Shown: positions 7,365 through 19,356, counted from the first letter of the stretch. The stretch: DNA of 64,000 bases from Thermomicrobiales bacterium (GCA_041390865.1 JAWKPC010000002.1:388584-452583), one strand, 5' to 3'. Numbers and translations: made by a program. The notes: generated by a model not told the origin, from the sequence alone.

Positions 7365-10112
7365 TTGGCAGCACTAGCTTCACAGTCCATCCCGCTCCTC
7401 AAAACCAAACTCTTTGTGCCGCAGGTGCAACTGAACCATGTGGCTCGGCCTCAATTGCTTCGGCGATTGGATGAGGGGCTGCATGGCAAGCTGACCCTCA
7501 TCTCGGCTCCGGCTGGTTTCGGGAAGACCACTCTTCTGAGTGCATGGGCTTCTACGTGTGGCAGGCCGGTCGCATGGCTGACACTGGACGAAGCAGAAAA
7601 CGATCTGTCTCGATTCCTGTCGTATTTCGTTGCCGCGCTCCAGACTGTGGTGGCGTCGAATCTGGATGCAGGAGCGCTAAGTTCATCCTCATCGGCTTCA
7701 TCGCCCCCAGCGCACGCCATACTGACGGTCGTGCTGAACAATCTCAGCGCTGTTCCCGAAAAGCTACTCATTATCCTTGACGACTATCACCTGATTGATA
7801 ACGAGCTTGTCGATCAGGCCATCGCCTTCCTGCTAGAGCACTTGCCGCCCCAGTTGCACCTGGTTATCGCTACTCGCCAGGATCCTCTGCTCCCCATGGC
7901 CCGCCTGCGCGCTCGTGGACAGTTGACTGAACTGCGCGCCAGTGATCTACGTTTCTCCTCTACCGAAGCTCTCGAGTTCTTCAACGAGGTGACGGGGCTC
8001 AGTCTTTCGGAAGCGGATATCGCCGCTCTCGATGAGCGCATAGAAGGCTGGGTGGCTGGTCTGCAACTGGCGGCGCTGTCGCTGAGGGGGCATCAGGATG
8101 CCAGCGGGTTTATCAAGGCATTTGCCGGAGACCACCGGTACATCGTGGACTATCTGGTTGATGAGGTGCTGCAGCGCCAGCCGGCGTCCGTCCGCAACTT
8201 CTTCCTGCAGACTGCCGTGCTCGAGCGGTTGCACGGCCCGTTGTGCGAGGCCGTCACTGGCCAGGAAGATGGCAGCGTGCTGCTGGAGTCTCTCGCTCGT
8301 GGCAACTCGTTCATCATGCCGCTGGATGACCGGCGTCAGTGGTATCGCTACCATCACCTCTTCGCTGATGTGCTGCGCGCCTATCTGCAGGCGGAGCAGC
8401 CGGGTCAGATCGTCGCGCTGCATCTGCGTGCGAGCGCGTGGTACCAGCAGCACGGCTCGGTGGCCGATGCCATCCGCCATGCGCTGGCTGCCGGGGATTT
8501 CGCGCGAGCGGCGGACCTGGTCGAGCAGGCCTTGCCCGCAGCCCGTCAGGACCGCCTGGGCGCCACCTTACTCGGCTGGCTCAGAGCTCTTCCCGACGAC
8601 CTGGTCCGACGGCGACCGGCGTTGAGTGTGGCGTATGCCTGGGTGCTGATGAACGCTGGCGAGCTTGAAGGTGTCGAGGAGCGGCTGAGCGATGCCGAAC
8701 GGTGGCTGGATGTTGCGCCGCACGCGCGACTGGAGGCCCCGGAGACAGAGATGGTCGTCGTGGTCGACGAGGAGTTTCGCCGTCTCCCCGGCCTGATCGC
8801 TGCCTATCGTGCCGGACATGCTCACCTGCTGGGTGACATCCCCACCACCATGACACACGCTCGAAGGGCGCTCGACCTTATCCAGGAGGACGACCAGCTC
8901 ACGCGCGGAGCGGCGGGGGCGCTCCTGGGACTCGCTTGCTGGGCCAGCGGGGACCTGGAGTCTGCCCAGCAGCACTATGCCGCTGGCATGGCAAGCCTGC
9001 AGAAGATCGGGATGCTCTCGGACGTCATCAACGGCGCCAACACCGTGGCGGCAATCGCTATGGCCCAGGGCCGGCTCCGCGACGCGGAGCGCACGCTGCA
9101 ACAGGCGATGCAGCGCGCCGAGGAACTGGGCGAGCCGAGCCTGCACGGAACTCCAGACTTCCTGATCGGATTGAGCGAGCTGCGGCGTGAGCGGGCCGAC
9201 CTGACCACTGCGACCAGGTACCTGGTGCGCTCCCAGGAGCTTACCCTGGGTGCGGGAGTTGCCCACAATCGCTCTCGTTGGTGTATGACCATGGCCCGCA
9301 TCAAGCAAGATCAGAGAGATCTGGAGGGTGCGCTGGTACTCCTCGACGAGGCGGAGCACCTCCGTCTGCCTGACTTCTTCCCCAACGCGCGTCCGGTCGC
9401 GGCGCTGAAGGCGCGCGTGTGGATTGCCCAGAGGAGGTTGGGCGATGCTTTCAGCTGGGCGTGCGAGCAAAGCCTGTCCACTGAGGACAGCCTCGACTAT
9501 CTGCGCGAGTTCGAGCACATTACCCTGGCCTGGCTGCTCCTAGCTCGCCACGCCACAGACCATGGACCCTGCTCGATGGACAAGCTCATGGTGTTCCTGG
9601 AGCGCCTCCTGCAAACGGCGGAAGATGGTGGGAGGAAGGGGAGCGTCATCGAAGTCCTGATCCTACAGGCGCTTGCCCACCAGGCATGCGGCGATAGCCC
9701 CGCGGCGTTCGTGCCATTGGAACGTGCCCTGAAGCTGGCTGAGCCGGAGAGCTATGTCCGCGTCTTTGTCGATGGCGGTGCGCCCATGGCCGCCTTGCTG
9801 GACGCCTGTGCGAAACATGGGATCGCCCCGGCCTATGTTCGCGAGCTGCTCACGGCCTTTGACGGGGCTGGGCTTGGAACTCCCGTCAAACAGGACCTGA
9901 TCGAGCCATTGAGCGAACGTGAACTTGACGTTTTGCGATTGCTCCGGTCCGAACTGGACGGCCCGGAAATCGCCCGCGAACTCAACGTTTCGCTAAACAC
10001 CATCCGGACGCACACCAAGAACATCTACAGCAAGCTCGGGGTGAACAGTCGCCGGGCGGCGGTCCGTCGATCCGAGGAACTCAAGCTGCTAGCGCAGACT
10101 CGTGAAGTCTAG
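7365..10112 (+). CDS. MalT-like LuxR-family transcriptional regulator (STAND NTPase + helical repeats + C-terminal LuxR HTH)
   Basis: Walker A motif LISAPAGFGKTTLL and Walker B-like LIILDDYH. C-terminal LuxR HTH: LSERELDVLRLL...NTIRTHTKNIYSKLGV. The start is uncertain. The ORF opens at 7257, and I favour the TTG at 7365, just before the typical PLLKTKLFVPQ N-terminus. Confidence 0.85.
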   Translation: MAALASQSIPLLKTKLFVPQVQLNHVARPQLLRRLDEGLHGKLTLISAPAGFGKTTLLSAWASTCGRPVAWLTLDEAENDLSRFLSYFVAALQTVVASNLDAGALSSSSSASSPPAHAILTVVLNNLSAVPEKLLIILDDYHLIDNELVDQAIAFLLEHLPPQLHLVIATRQDPLLPMARLRARGQLTELRASDLRFSSTEALEFFNEVTGLSLSEADIAALDERIEGWVAGLQLAALSLRGHQDASGFIKAFAGDHRYIVDYLVDEVLQRQPASVRNFFLQTAVLERLHGPLCEAVTGQEDGSVLLESLARGNSFIMPLDDRRQWYRYHHLFADVLRAYLQAEQPGQIVALHLRASAWYQQHGSVADAIRHALAAGDFARAADLVEQALPAARQDRLGATLLGWLRALPDDLVRRRPALSVAYAWVLMNAGELEGVEERLSDAERWLDVAPHARLEAPETEMVVVVDEEFRRLPGLIAAYRAGHAHLLGDIPTTMTHARRALDLIQEDDQLTRGAAGALLGLACWASGDLESAQQHYAAGMASLQKIGMLSDVINGANTVAAIAMAQGRLRDAERTLQQAMQRAEELGEPSLHGTPDFLIGLSELRRERADLTTATRYLVRSQELTLGAGVAHNRSRWCMTMARIKQDQRDLEGALVLLDEAEHLRLPDFFPNARPVAALKARVWIAQRRLGDAFSWACEQSLSTEDSLDYLREFEHITLAWLLLARHATDHGPCSMDKLMVFLERLLQTAEDGGRKGSVIEVLILQALAHQACGDSPAAFVPLERALKLAEPESYVRVFVDGGAPMAALLDACAKHGIAPAYVRELLTAFDGAGLGTPVKQDLIEPLSERELDVLRLLRSELDGPEIARELNVSLNTIRTHTKNIYSKLGVNSRRAAVRRSEELKLLAQTREV

Positions 10113-10326
10113 CTAGCCATCCCGATCCACAAGCCGGACTGCTAGCCGTCCGCGCAGTTCGGGCGCTGACTCTCACTACATCTCTCCAATCAAGAAATCA
10201 CCACCTGAATCACCACATGTGGTGATGCCTGCTCACCATACCCGCTCATATCGTCAGACCAGATCGGTGAGCGCCGGCACGACCGGCGGAGTCACAGCGA
10301 CAAGGACAGGGAGTGGAGGGAGCACA

Positions 10327-10602
10327 GTGAACCTGATACATCCACCGGGCGACGATCAGCACGGACCCGGGCGGTACGAAATCCGCCTCAAGGGGCACCT
10401 TGATGACCACTGGACCACCTGGTTCGACGGTATGTGCCTCAGTCACGCGAGCGATGGCATGACCATTATCCGCGGAGCGGTAGTGGACCAGGCCGCGCTG
10501 CATGGCCTGCTACGAAAAGTACGTGACCTGGGCTTGCCGCTGGTTTCGGTCAGGCGTATCGAACGCGACCAACCTGATGCTCCGGCCATCGAATCTCTCT
10601 AA
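10327..10602 (+). CDS. Small conserved hypothetical protein (~91 aa)
   Basis: GTG at 10327 with GGAGGG upstream. The sequence RYEIRLKGHLDDHWTTWFDGM...VVDQAALHGLLRKVRDLGLPLVSV looks like a recurrent small-protein family of unknown function. Confidence 0.5.
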   Translation: MNLIHPPGDDQHGPGRYEIRLKGHLDDHWTTWFDGMCLSHASDGMTIIRGAVVDQAALHGLLRKVRDLGLPLVSVRRIERDQPDAPAIESL

Positions 10603-10632
10603 GTAGACACCAAATCACGAAAGGAAACCGAC

Positions 10633-11292
10633 ATGACGACGTCCATGCTCGAAGCCATTGGAAGCGATTACCCGGTTCAATTCGCGATCGACTACCCCGA
10701 GCGCGATCTCAATCGACTGACAACGGCCTTCCGGATCATCGTTGCCATCCCGATCCTGGTCCTCGCCGGTGCACTGAGCAATTCCGCCTGGGCGTGGGGT
10801 GCTCCCGGCGACAACAGTTCGACCGGGTTGCTGATTGCCGGCGGAACGCTGCTCTCTTTCCCGACACTGCTGATGATCGTCTTTCGCCGGAAGTACCCGC
10901 GCTGGTGGTTCGACTTCAATCTCGAGATTTCGCGTTTCGCGAATCGCGTTGGAGCCTACATGGCTTTGATGCGCGACGAGTATCCCTCGACCGACGAGGA
11001 GCAGGCCGTCCACCTGACATTTCCCTATCCGGACGCCACCCGCGACCTGAACCGCTGGCTGCCGCTGGTGAAGTGGTTCCTCGCGATTCCACACTACATC
11101 GTCCTGGCAGTGCTCAGTATCGCAACCGTCCTGGCCATAGTCGTCGCCTGGTTCGCCATCCTCTTCACCGGCCGCTACCCGCGCGCCATTTTCGACTTCG
11201 TGGAAGGCGTCATGCGTTGGAACAACCGGGTCACGGCCTACGCAGTCACACTCGTGACGGATGAATACCCGCCGTTCCGACTGAGCGCCTAG
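10633..11292 (+). CDS. DUF4389-like membrane protein
   Basis: 219 aa with motifs DYPERDLNRLTTAFRIIVAIP, LFTGRYPRAIFDFVEGVMRWNNRV and TDEYPPFRL. Good RBS (gaaaggaaa). Confidence 0.65.
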   Translation: MTTSMLEAIGSDYPVQFAIDYPERDLNRLTTAFRIIVAIPILVLAGALSNSAWAWGAPGDNSSTGLLIAGGTLLSFPTLLMIVFRRKYPRWWFDFNLEISRFANRVGAYMALMRDEYPSTDEEQAVHLTFPYPDATRDLNRWLPLVKWFLAIPHYIVLAVLSIATVLAIVVAWFAILFTGRYPRAIFDFVEGVMRWNNRVTAYAVTLVTDEYPPFRLSA

Positions 11293-11359
11293 CGCCCGAG
11301 ATACCCCGCATCAGTTCACCAAAGCGCCCCGAGCGCATAACGGAAGGATTGGAAACACA

Positions 11360-13627
11360 ATGAACTCGACAGGACTCATCGGAAGATTCGCCCGCGCTTC
11401 AGCGCGACACCCCTGGAAGGTAATCGCCGCCTGGATCGTCGTCCTCCTGATCGCATTGGCGACCATGACAACGATCGGCAGCGGACTGACCATGAACGAA
11501 GAGTTCCGCACCGACCTCGAGTCCCGGGTCGCCGATGACCTGATCACGGCTCGCCTCAACAGCGGCGTGGAGGACCCGGCCCAGGAGCGCGTGATCGTCT
11601 CGTCGGCGGATGTAACGGTCGACGATCCGTCATTTGCAGCTGTCGTTGCCGATGTCGCCGCCGCGCTCCGAGCACATGATGAGGTCTCCGGGGTCACGAC
11701 CTATTTCGAGACCGGGCAGGACGAGCTGGTGTCGATCGATCGCCACCGCACGGTCATTCTCACGTCGCTGGCAGGAGATCCGGCGAACGCCGCCCAGGAC
11801 GCGCAGCCGGTCCTTGACACGATCCACGAACTCCGCACGCCAGCGCCCGGTTTCGAGGTGCTGACGCTCGGGGAAGCCAGCGTGATCGAGACCGTCAACA
11901 CCACCGCTGAAGAAGGCATGGCACGGGGCGAATCAATCGGTATCATCATTGCCCTCATCGTGATGGCACTCGTCTTCGGCACGCTGGTGGCGACCGGACT
12001 TCCAATCGTGCTCACGATCGTCGCCTTGCTGGTGACGACCGGTATCGCGATGGCAGCGTCTCACGTCTTCAGCCTCAACGCCGCCGTCGTGCAGATGATC
12101 GCCATGATTGGGCTGGCAGTTGGGATCGATTACACCCTCTTCATCGTCTCGCGCTACCGCGAGGAGCGCGAGCGAGGGCTAGGAACCGTTGATGCCATCA
12201 CTCGTGCCGGCGATACCGCGAGCAAGGCCGTGCTGTTCTCTGGACTGACGGTCGTCGTCTCGCTGCTAGGTATGCTGATTGTGCCGTGGAACCTTATGAC
12301 GAGTGTTCTGGGCGCTATCGGGATCGTACTGGTATCGGTGCTGATGACCCTGACCCTGTTGCCTGCCGTCCTCGGCTTGCTCGGTGATCGGATCAATCGT
12401 GGTGTGATCCCGTTCGTTGGTTACCGGCGCACAATGAACGACGCGTCGAACCAGGGTCGCTCCGGTTTCTGGATCTGGACATCTCGCCTCGTAATGCGCC
12501 GCCCGGTCGTTAGCCTGATCGCTTCCGCCGGTCTGCTGCTCGTGCTGGGAAGCTTCACCCTCTCGCTGGAACTTGGCCACGCCAACTTGAGCAACTTGCC
12601 GGAGGATTCGGACAGCATCCGCGCCGTCGAAATCTTTGAGCAGGAGTTCGCGGGAGCGGATTACCAGCCGGCAACGATTGTCGTCACGGGCGACGACGTC
12701 ACGACACCGGACGTACAGAACGCGATCGCAGGCCTGGTCAGCACGCTCGAGGCCGACCCCGCCTTCGGCGCAGCGATGACGGTGACCTCCGAGCAAGACG
12801 ATCTGGTGCGTATTGACGTCGCTCTCAATGCGGACGGTGATAGCAACCAGGCGATTGCCGCGGTCGAACGGCTCCGCAAAGAGTACCTGCCGCCGCTCTT
12901 TGATCCCATCACCGCCGAAGCGCGGGTGACCGGCGAGACTGCCTCGATGATGGACGTGATCGATCTGGCCCGTACCTATCTCCCCATCGTGGTGGCGTTT
13001 GTCCTGGCGGTTAGCTTCCTGCTGCTACTGGTAGCGTTTCGTTCGGTTGTCGTGCCGCTAAAGGCCCTCACGATGAACCTGCTCTCGGTCTTCGCTTCCT
13101 ATGGTTTGCTGGTGCTCGTCTTTCAGAAGGGCTTCGGCGCCGGTCTGCTTGGGTTCCAGCAGGTCGAGCAGATCGACGCCTTCGTCCTCCTCTTCCTCTT
13201 CTGCATCCTGTTCGGCCTATCGATGGATTACCACGTCTTCCTGCTCAGTCGGATCAAAGAGCAGTTCGACCGCAGTGGCGACAACGAGCAGGCGGTTACG
13301 GCGGGGCTGCGGAGCATCGGCCGGCTGATCACTAGCGCCGCGCTGATCATGGTCGGGGTCTTCGGGGGATTCGCTGCGGCTGATCTCGCCAACCTGCAGC
13401 AGTTCGGCTTTGGCCTGGCTGCGGCGGTGTTCCTCGACGCGACGATCGTACGGATGATCCTTGTGCCGGCCTCGATGGCGCTGCTCGGCAGTCGTAACTG
13501 GTACCTGCCAGCTTGGCTCTCATGGCGACCGGAGTTCCACAATGAAGGCGCTCCGGCGCATACCGCAGCTGCACCATCCGAACTCGCAGAAGATGGGATG
13601 CTTCCCAAACCGATGATCGCCGACTAA
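11360..13627 (+). CDS. MMPL-family (RND superfamily) membrane transporter
   Basis: 755 aa with two 5-6 TM bundles and large loops. Contains GIDYTLFIVSRYREE and a second SMDYHVFLLSRIKE motif typical of MMPL domains. Confidence 0.85.
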   Translation: MNSTGLIGRFARASARHPWKVIAAWIVVLLIALATMTTIGSGLTMNEEFRTDLESRVADDLITARLNSGVEDPAQERVIVSSADVTVDDPSFAAVVADVAAALRAHDEVSGVTTYFETGQDELVSIDRHRTVILTSLAGDPANAAQDAQPVLDTIHELRTPAPGFEVLTLGEASVIETVNTTAEEGMARGESIGIIIALIVMALVFGTLVATGLPIVLTIVALLVTTGIAMAASHVFSLNAAVVQMIAMIGLAVGIDYTLFIVSRYREERERGLGTVDAITRAGDTASKAVLFSGLTVVVSLLGMLIVPWNLMTSVLGAIGIVLVSVLMTLTLLPAVLGLLGDRINRGVIPFVGYRRTMNDASNQGRSGFWIWTSRLVMRRPVVSLIASAGLLLVLGSFTLSLELGHANLSNLPEDSDSIRAVEIFEQEFAGADYQPATIVVTGDDVTTPDVQNAIAGLVSTLEADPAFGAAMTVTSEQDDLVRIDVALNADGDSNQAIAAVERLRKEYLPPLFDPITAEARVTGETASMMDVIDLARTYLPIVVAFVLAVSFLLLLVAFRSVVVPLKALTMNLLSVFASYGLLVLVFQKGFGAGLLGFQQVEQIDAFVLLFLFCILFGLSMDYHVFLLSRIKEQFDRSGDNEQAVTAGLRSIGRLITSAALIMVGVFGGFAAADLANLQQFGFGLAAAVFLDATIVRMILVPASMALLGSRNWYLPAWLSWRPEFHNEGAPAHTAAAPSELAEDGMLPKPMIAD

Positions 13628-13647
13628 CAAGCGTTCTGCGGTTCCAG

Positions 13648-13684
13648 CTTTCAACCGGTGACCAGCGCGGTCACCGGTTGAAAG
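13648..13684 (+). terminator. Perfect 16-bp stem hairpin downstream of the MMPL gene
   Basis: ctttcaaccggtgacc / agcgc / ggtcaccggttgaaag, 21 nt after the stop codon. No clear U-tract follows. Confidence 0.5.
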
Positions 13685-13764
13685 CGTGTTCTGGGGTTGA
13701 TTCGCTGAGGTAATGGAGAGAGCACGCTGGAAGAACCGGCTAGTGAGCAACCACGTCACTTCAA

Positions 13765-13835
13765 CCCGGGGCCTGCGTTAGCGGGTGAAAGAAATCTCGG
13801 CTCAGTGTCGCTCAACTGTTCGGTTGAGATCTCTC
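13765..13835. repeat. Short dispersed repeat related to the element at 60012-60110
   Basis: cccggggcctgcgttagcgggtgaaagaaatctc (13765-13798) matches the reverse complement of 60066-60100 at about 30 of 34 positions. Confidence 0.5.
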
Positions 13836-14068
13836 CTCCCCACTCCTTGGGGGGCCATCTTCGCTCGGTCGAGATGACGAGGGTGTCCCAGCAATCTGGA
13901 ATCTGGCCGAGAGCGACACGGGAGACCAATTCGATGAAGCACTTTGAGTGCGTTTGAAGAAGAGCCGTGTTGCCGGAGTGCCGGGTGGGAGCTTCGATAC
14001 TAGTTCCTGAACGTTGCATTATTAGATGAGCAGAAGAAGGGAGATTGATCTGGCCCTCCATCTTTTCC

Positions 14069-14161
14069 TTCTACTTCGGCACTAGCGACGGCGGCGACTC
14101 CTGGCATCAGCTCGCGACCGGCCTCCTGCTGGTGCGCTCGGTGACCTGCGAGCATTTCGCC
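14069..14161 (+). pseudogene. Relic of the 3' end of a BNR-repeat gene, paralogous to 7028-7145
   Basis: Translates to FYFGTSDG--GDSWHQLATGLLLVRSVTCEHFA, compared with VYFGTSDGVLHYTRDGGDSWHQLATGLPPVRSVTCEHFS at the end of the intact gene. About 85-90% nt identity by eye, with a 24-nt deletion between gacgg microrepeats. No upstream coding continuation. Confidence 0.7.
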
Positions 14162-14256
14162 GGTTCCCGACCACCAGCGGTCGCCACCTGATCTAGCCGG
14201 TTCGCACTGCAGTTCCAGACCACCGGATAATTTACTGCACACCCCATTAGCAGCAA

Positions 14257-14287
14257 GCGCGGGCTACCCGCAGAGGGTAGCCCGCGC
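14257..14287 (-). terminator. GC-rich hairpin downstream of katG
   Basis: gcgcgggctaccc / gcaga / gggtagcccgcgc, 28 nt beyond the katG stop. The T-run is on the + side only, so it may act bidirectionally. Confidence 0.5.
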
Positions 14288-14314
14288 TTTGCTTCAACAG
14301 TTTCGGTAACGAAC

Positions 14315-16573
<2,259 letters not shown>

Positions 16574-16588
16574 CTACCTGTTTGCTTC

Positions 16589-16604
16589 TGAGAACTTATT
16601 CTAA
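16589..16604. promoter_or_regulatory. AT-rich imperfect dyad upstream of katG, a possible Fur-family/PerR-type box or promoter element
   Basis: On the katG strand it reads TTAGAATAAGTTCTCA, about 35-50 nt upstream of the start. It is only partially symmetric. Confidence 0.25.
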
Positions 16605-16928
16605 TAGCTCATCGCTCTTGATAGCTCTGGATCCAAGGCTGTGTCGCTCGACTGGTATCGTACGCCACCCGTCCACTTTACGACGGACGGGACGAAGGAC
16701 GCCTCAACACACTCGGACTGTCGATCTCAGTAGATGACCTCTGCTTTGTCGATCTCGTAGTCCGAGCCGTCGGCGACCGTACTGTCGAAATCAGCGATAG
16801 TGCCGGGACGACGGCAGGCAATGTGGTGATAGTCACTTCTCCCGCCTAATCCCTAGTAAGAACTACAATCGTCACTAAAGTGCCCTCGTCAAACCCCTGA
16901 AAAGGGGTCATCCTGAGCGGGAATCCGT

Positions 16929-18674
16929 CTAGCGCAGCGCGATCATCGGGAGGTCGCCTATCAGTGGATCGAACAGACTCCAGAATCGTTCCACTTCCCC
17001 AGCGGTTCCCCCGTCGAGCGTCACTGAACCATCCTCGACCGCCTGTCGCCAGGAGATCTGGCCTCTCAGGAGGCTGCGGATCGTCGGCTCACTCGCGTGG
17101 ATGTCGATCGGCGCATCGGCCGGCGCATTATCCAGTACGTCGACGACGATAGAGCGGATTGCGAGGCCATAGTTCGCGCCAGTGTCGCTGGCGTGAAATG
17201 CCACCTGGAGATGGGCGCCATCGGCCCGGGCCGGGTCCAGGCGGGTTGCCAGGGCGCGAATCAGTAAGGGGATCGGGATCGTTGCGGCGACATCCGGGTT
17301 TGCCAGACGACGCAGGGAATCCCGGATTTTGTCGTGATCCAGCGTACCGTCGATCTCCCTGGCAGCCATGAGATAGTGGTTGCGCCACATCGGGTTGATT
17401 GCCTGGTAACCGATCTGTCGCAGTGCGCCCGCCTTCAACTGGCGTGCCTCGTGATCATCGGGATTCACGCGAAGCACATAGGTCAGAATCTCCGCTACCC
17501 ATCGATAATCGCCGTCCTGCTGGGCTTGCCCGGCCCTGGCGACAACGGCGTCGCGCCCGCCCATCGCATCTATATAGCGGGCGGATCGCTCGCGGCGCGG
17601 CAGCGGATCGATAGAGGTTGGGTCACCCTCGAACCATCCAAAAGCGCTGGAGTATATCTGCCGGACAATCTGCTTGACGGTGCCATAGAACTCGCCAAGC
17701 CAGGGATGATCGCGCAGTTCGGACGGGAGTTCGGTGATTTCCTCGACCAATTCATCGGGCGTGAGCCCGCGAGCCATCAATCGGTAGGACTGATCGTGGA
17801 TGTACTGCATCGAGTCTCGATACGCGGTGAGCAGGGTGCGGACATCGTCCGGACTCGTGACCGGGCGACCGTGCCCGAAGACGAGCGTCCCGGCGTTGAA
17901 CTCGCGCAGCATGTCGATAGCGCCGATCCACTGCCAGATGTCGCGGGTGGCGCCGCGAAGGGCGTACAGGTTCGCCAGGCATTCGCCCTGGATCACGTCC
18001 GCTGAGTGCAGAACTCCGTGGTCGGGGAACCAGAGCACGATCTCGTCATCCGATTCGCTCGGGGCCTCTCGCATGTGGACGCGGATGCCGGCCACCTCGA
18101 TGTCGAGTGATCCCTTGAAGCTGGTCGTCGGTGGCAGGAATCCGGTGGTACCGGCACGCAACAGCGGACCCAGTCCGACTTCGACCCGTCCATCATCTCC
18201 GCGCTCGAGATCCCAACCAAAAGAATGGGCCAGGCGCAGCGGGCCGATGATGCCGAGACTCGGGTTTCCGCGCATCCCGGCCAGCAACCGCTCGTGCGCG
18301 TAGATTTCGACCTGTCCCGCTTCGATCCCGGCGGGATCGAGGAGTCCGCGCGAGCCGGAGCTATGGTCGGGATGGCTATGGGTATAGATCAGCGCCTTGA
18401 CTAGTTTGTCGCTGAAGCGGCGCAGATCGGCCATCACCTCGCGGGCTGCTTCCTCGTTCTCCATGGAATCGATCAGGATGACGCCGTCGGTTCCGACCAC
18501 CATCGACATGTTGGCGTTGCCGTAGCCAACAGCGACGTAGAAGTCCTCCGCAACTTGATAGATGCCTTGCTCCATCGTCTGTGCATGTCGGGTCAATTCG
18601 GCGGGGATCATCTCGCTGGCCTCGTCAAACGCGAGGTTCTTTCCAGTCAGGAAGATGGGATCGGGAATCGGCAT
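16929..18674 (-). CDS. MBL-fold alkyl/aryl-sulfatase (SdsA1/BDS1-like)
   Basis: 581 aa with the HxHxDH metallo-beta-lactamase motif (YTHSHPDHSSG), a central dimerisation-like helical region and a C-terminal SCP2-like region. AGGAG RBS. Confidence 0.8.
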   Translation of the reverse strand: MPIPDPIFLTGKNLAFDEASEMIPAELTRHAQTMEQGIYQVAEDFYVAVGYGNANMSMVVGTDGVILIDSMENEEAAREVMADLRRFSDKLVKALIYTHSHPDHSSGSRGLLDPAGIEAGQVEIYAHERLLAGMRGNPSLGIIGPLRLAHSFGWDLERGDDGRVEVGLGPLLRAGTTGFLPPTTSFKGSLDIEVAGIRVHMREAPSESDDEIVLWFPDHGVLHSADVIQGECLANLYALRGATRDIWQWIGAIDMLREFNAGTLVFGHGRPVTSPDDVRTLLTAYRDSMQYIHDQSYRLMARGLTPDELVEEITELPSELRDHPWLGEFYGTVKQIVRQIYSSAFGWFEGDPTSIDPLPRRERSARYIDAMGGRDAVVARAGQAQQDGDYRWVAEILTYVLRVNPDDHEARQLKAGALRQIGYQAINPMWRNHYLMAAREIDGTLDHDKIRDSLRRLANPDVAATIPIPLLIRALATRLDPARADGAHLQVAFHASDTGANYGLAIRSIVVDVLDNAPADAPIDIHASEPTIRSLLRGQISWRQAVEDGSVTLDGGTAGEVERFWSLFDPLIGDLPMIALR

Positions 18675-18729
18675 CGTGTGGCTCCTGTATTCGTTGAGGG
18701 TGGTGTTACTGCAGCAGGGATAGCGTTCG

Positions 18730-19179
18730 TCAGGCGGGCTCGCCGGTATCGTTTGCCGTCAGGAGTGCCCTGACAAGGCCATGCATGCGTTGTTGCTGTT
18801 CCGGGCAAAGTGCAGCGTTCAGCACTGCCGCCATCTCGGTCTCGTACGTCTCGCTTGCAGCCGCCAGCTTGCGCTTCCCGGCATCCGTAAGGGCGATGCG
18901 GCTCGCGCGGCGATCTGCGGGATCAGGTTCGCGTTGAAGGAGTCCTTCGCCCACGATACGGTCAACGATCTTGCTGGCTCCGCCTACGGTCAGGCCGATC
19001 GCCCCGGCAATCTCCCCCACACGCAGGCTCTCGCCAGGTGAGCGCTCGATGACATAGAGCGGCCAGAAGTAGGCCAACGGAAGGTCGTGCGCTGATCGCA
19101 GCCGCGCGTCGACCCTATTCCAGAGAGTGATCTCCAGCCGCACCAGGTCACTGAGCCATTCGATTTGGTCCGATGGCAT
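18730..19179 (-). CDS. MarR-family transcriptional regulator
   Basis: Only the last 149 aa of the 471-aa track ORF look real. They carry a winged-helix core (LRVGEIAGAIGLTVGGASKIVDRIVGEGLLQREPDPADRRASRIALTDAGK). ATG at 19177-19179. Confidence 0.85.
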   Translation of the reverse strand: MPSDQIEWLSDLVRLEITLWNRVDARLRSAHDLPLAYFWPLYVIERSPGESLRVGEIAGAIGLTVGGASKIVDRIVGEGLLQREPDPADRRASRIALTDAGKRKLAAASETYETEMAAVLNAALCPEQQQRMHGLVRALLTANDTGEPA

Positions 19180-19208
19180 TGGTCCCAACCTCCCAGACCG
19201 CCGGATTA

Positions 19209-19226
19209 TATATTCCTTGGAATATA
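19209..19226. promoter_or_regulatory. 18-bp near-perfect palindrome, candidate MarR operator in the divergent MarR/YyaL promoter region
   Basis: TATATTCCTTGGAATATA has 16 of 18 positions symmetric. It lies 30 nt upstream of the MarR start, with a related half-site ttccaaggga immediately downstream. Confidence 0.5.
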
Positions 19227-19356
19227 GTTCCAAGGGATATGAGCATCCATGAGGTTCGATGGTAGACAACGTCGTGTTCGCTGAAGCTACCGCTTCCAGC
19301 CCGGGCGTATCCTTAGAAGCAAATGCCACGAACCATCTAGAGGAGATCCCCCGATT

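Noticed and set aside
13756-14061. A 101-aa minus-strand ORF in the MMPL-katG gap.
   Set aside because: It has no RBS or motif support and overlaps dispersed-repeat sequence. Its composition is not protein-like, and the region is better explained as a rearrangement scar containing repeats and the BNR relic.
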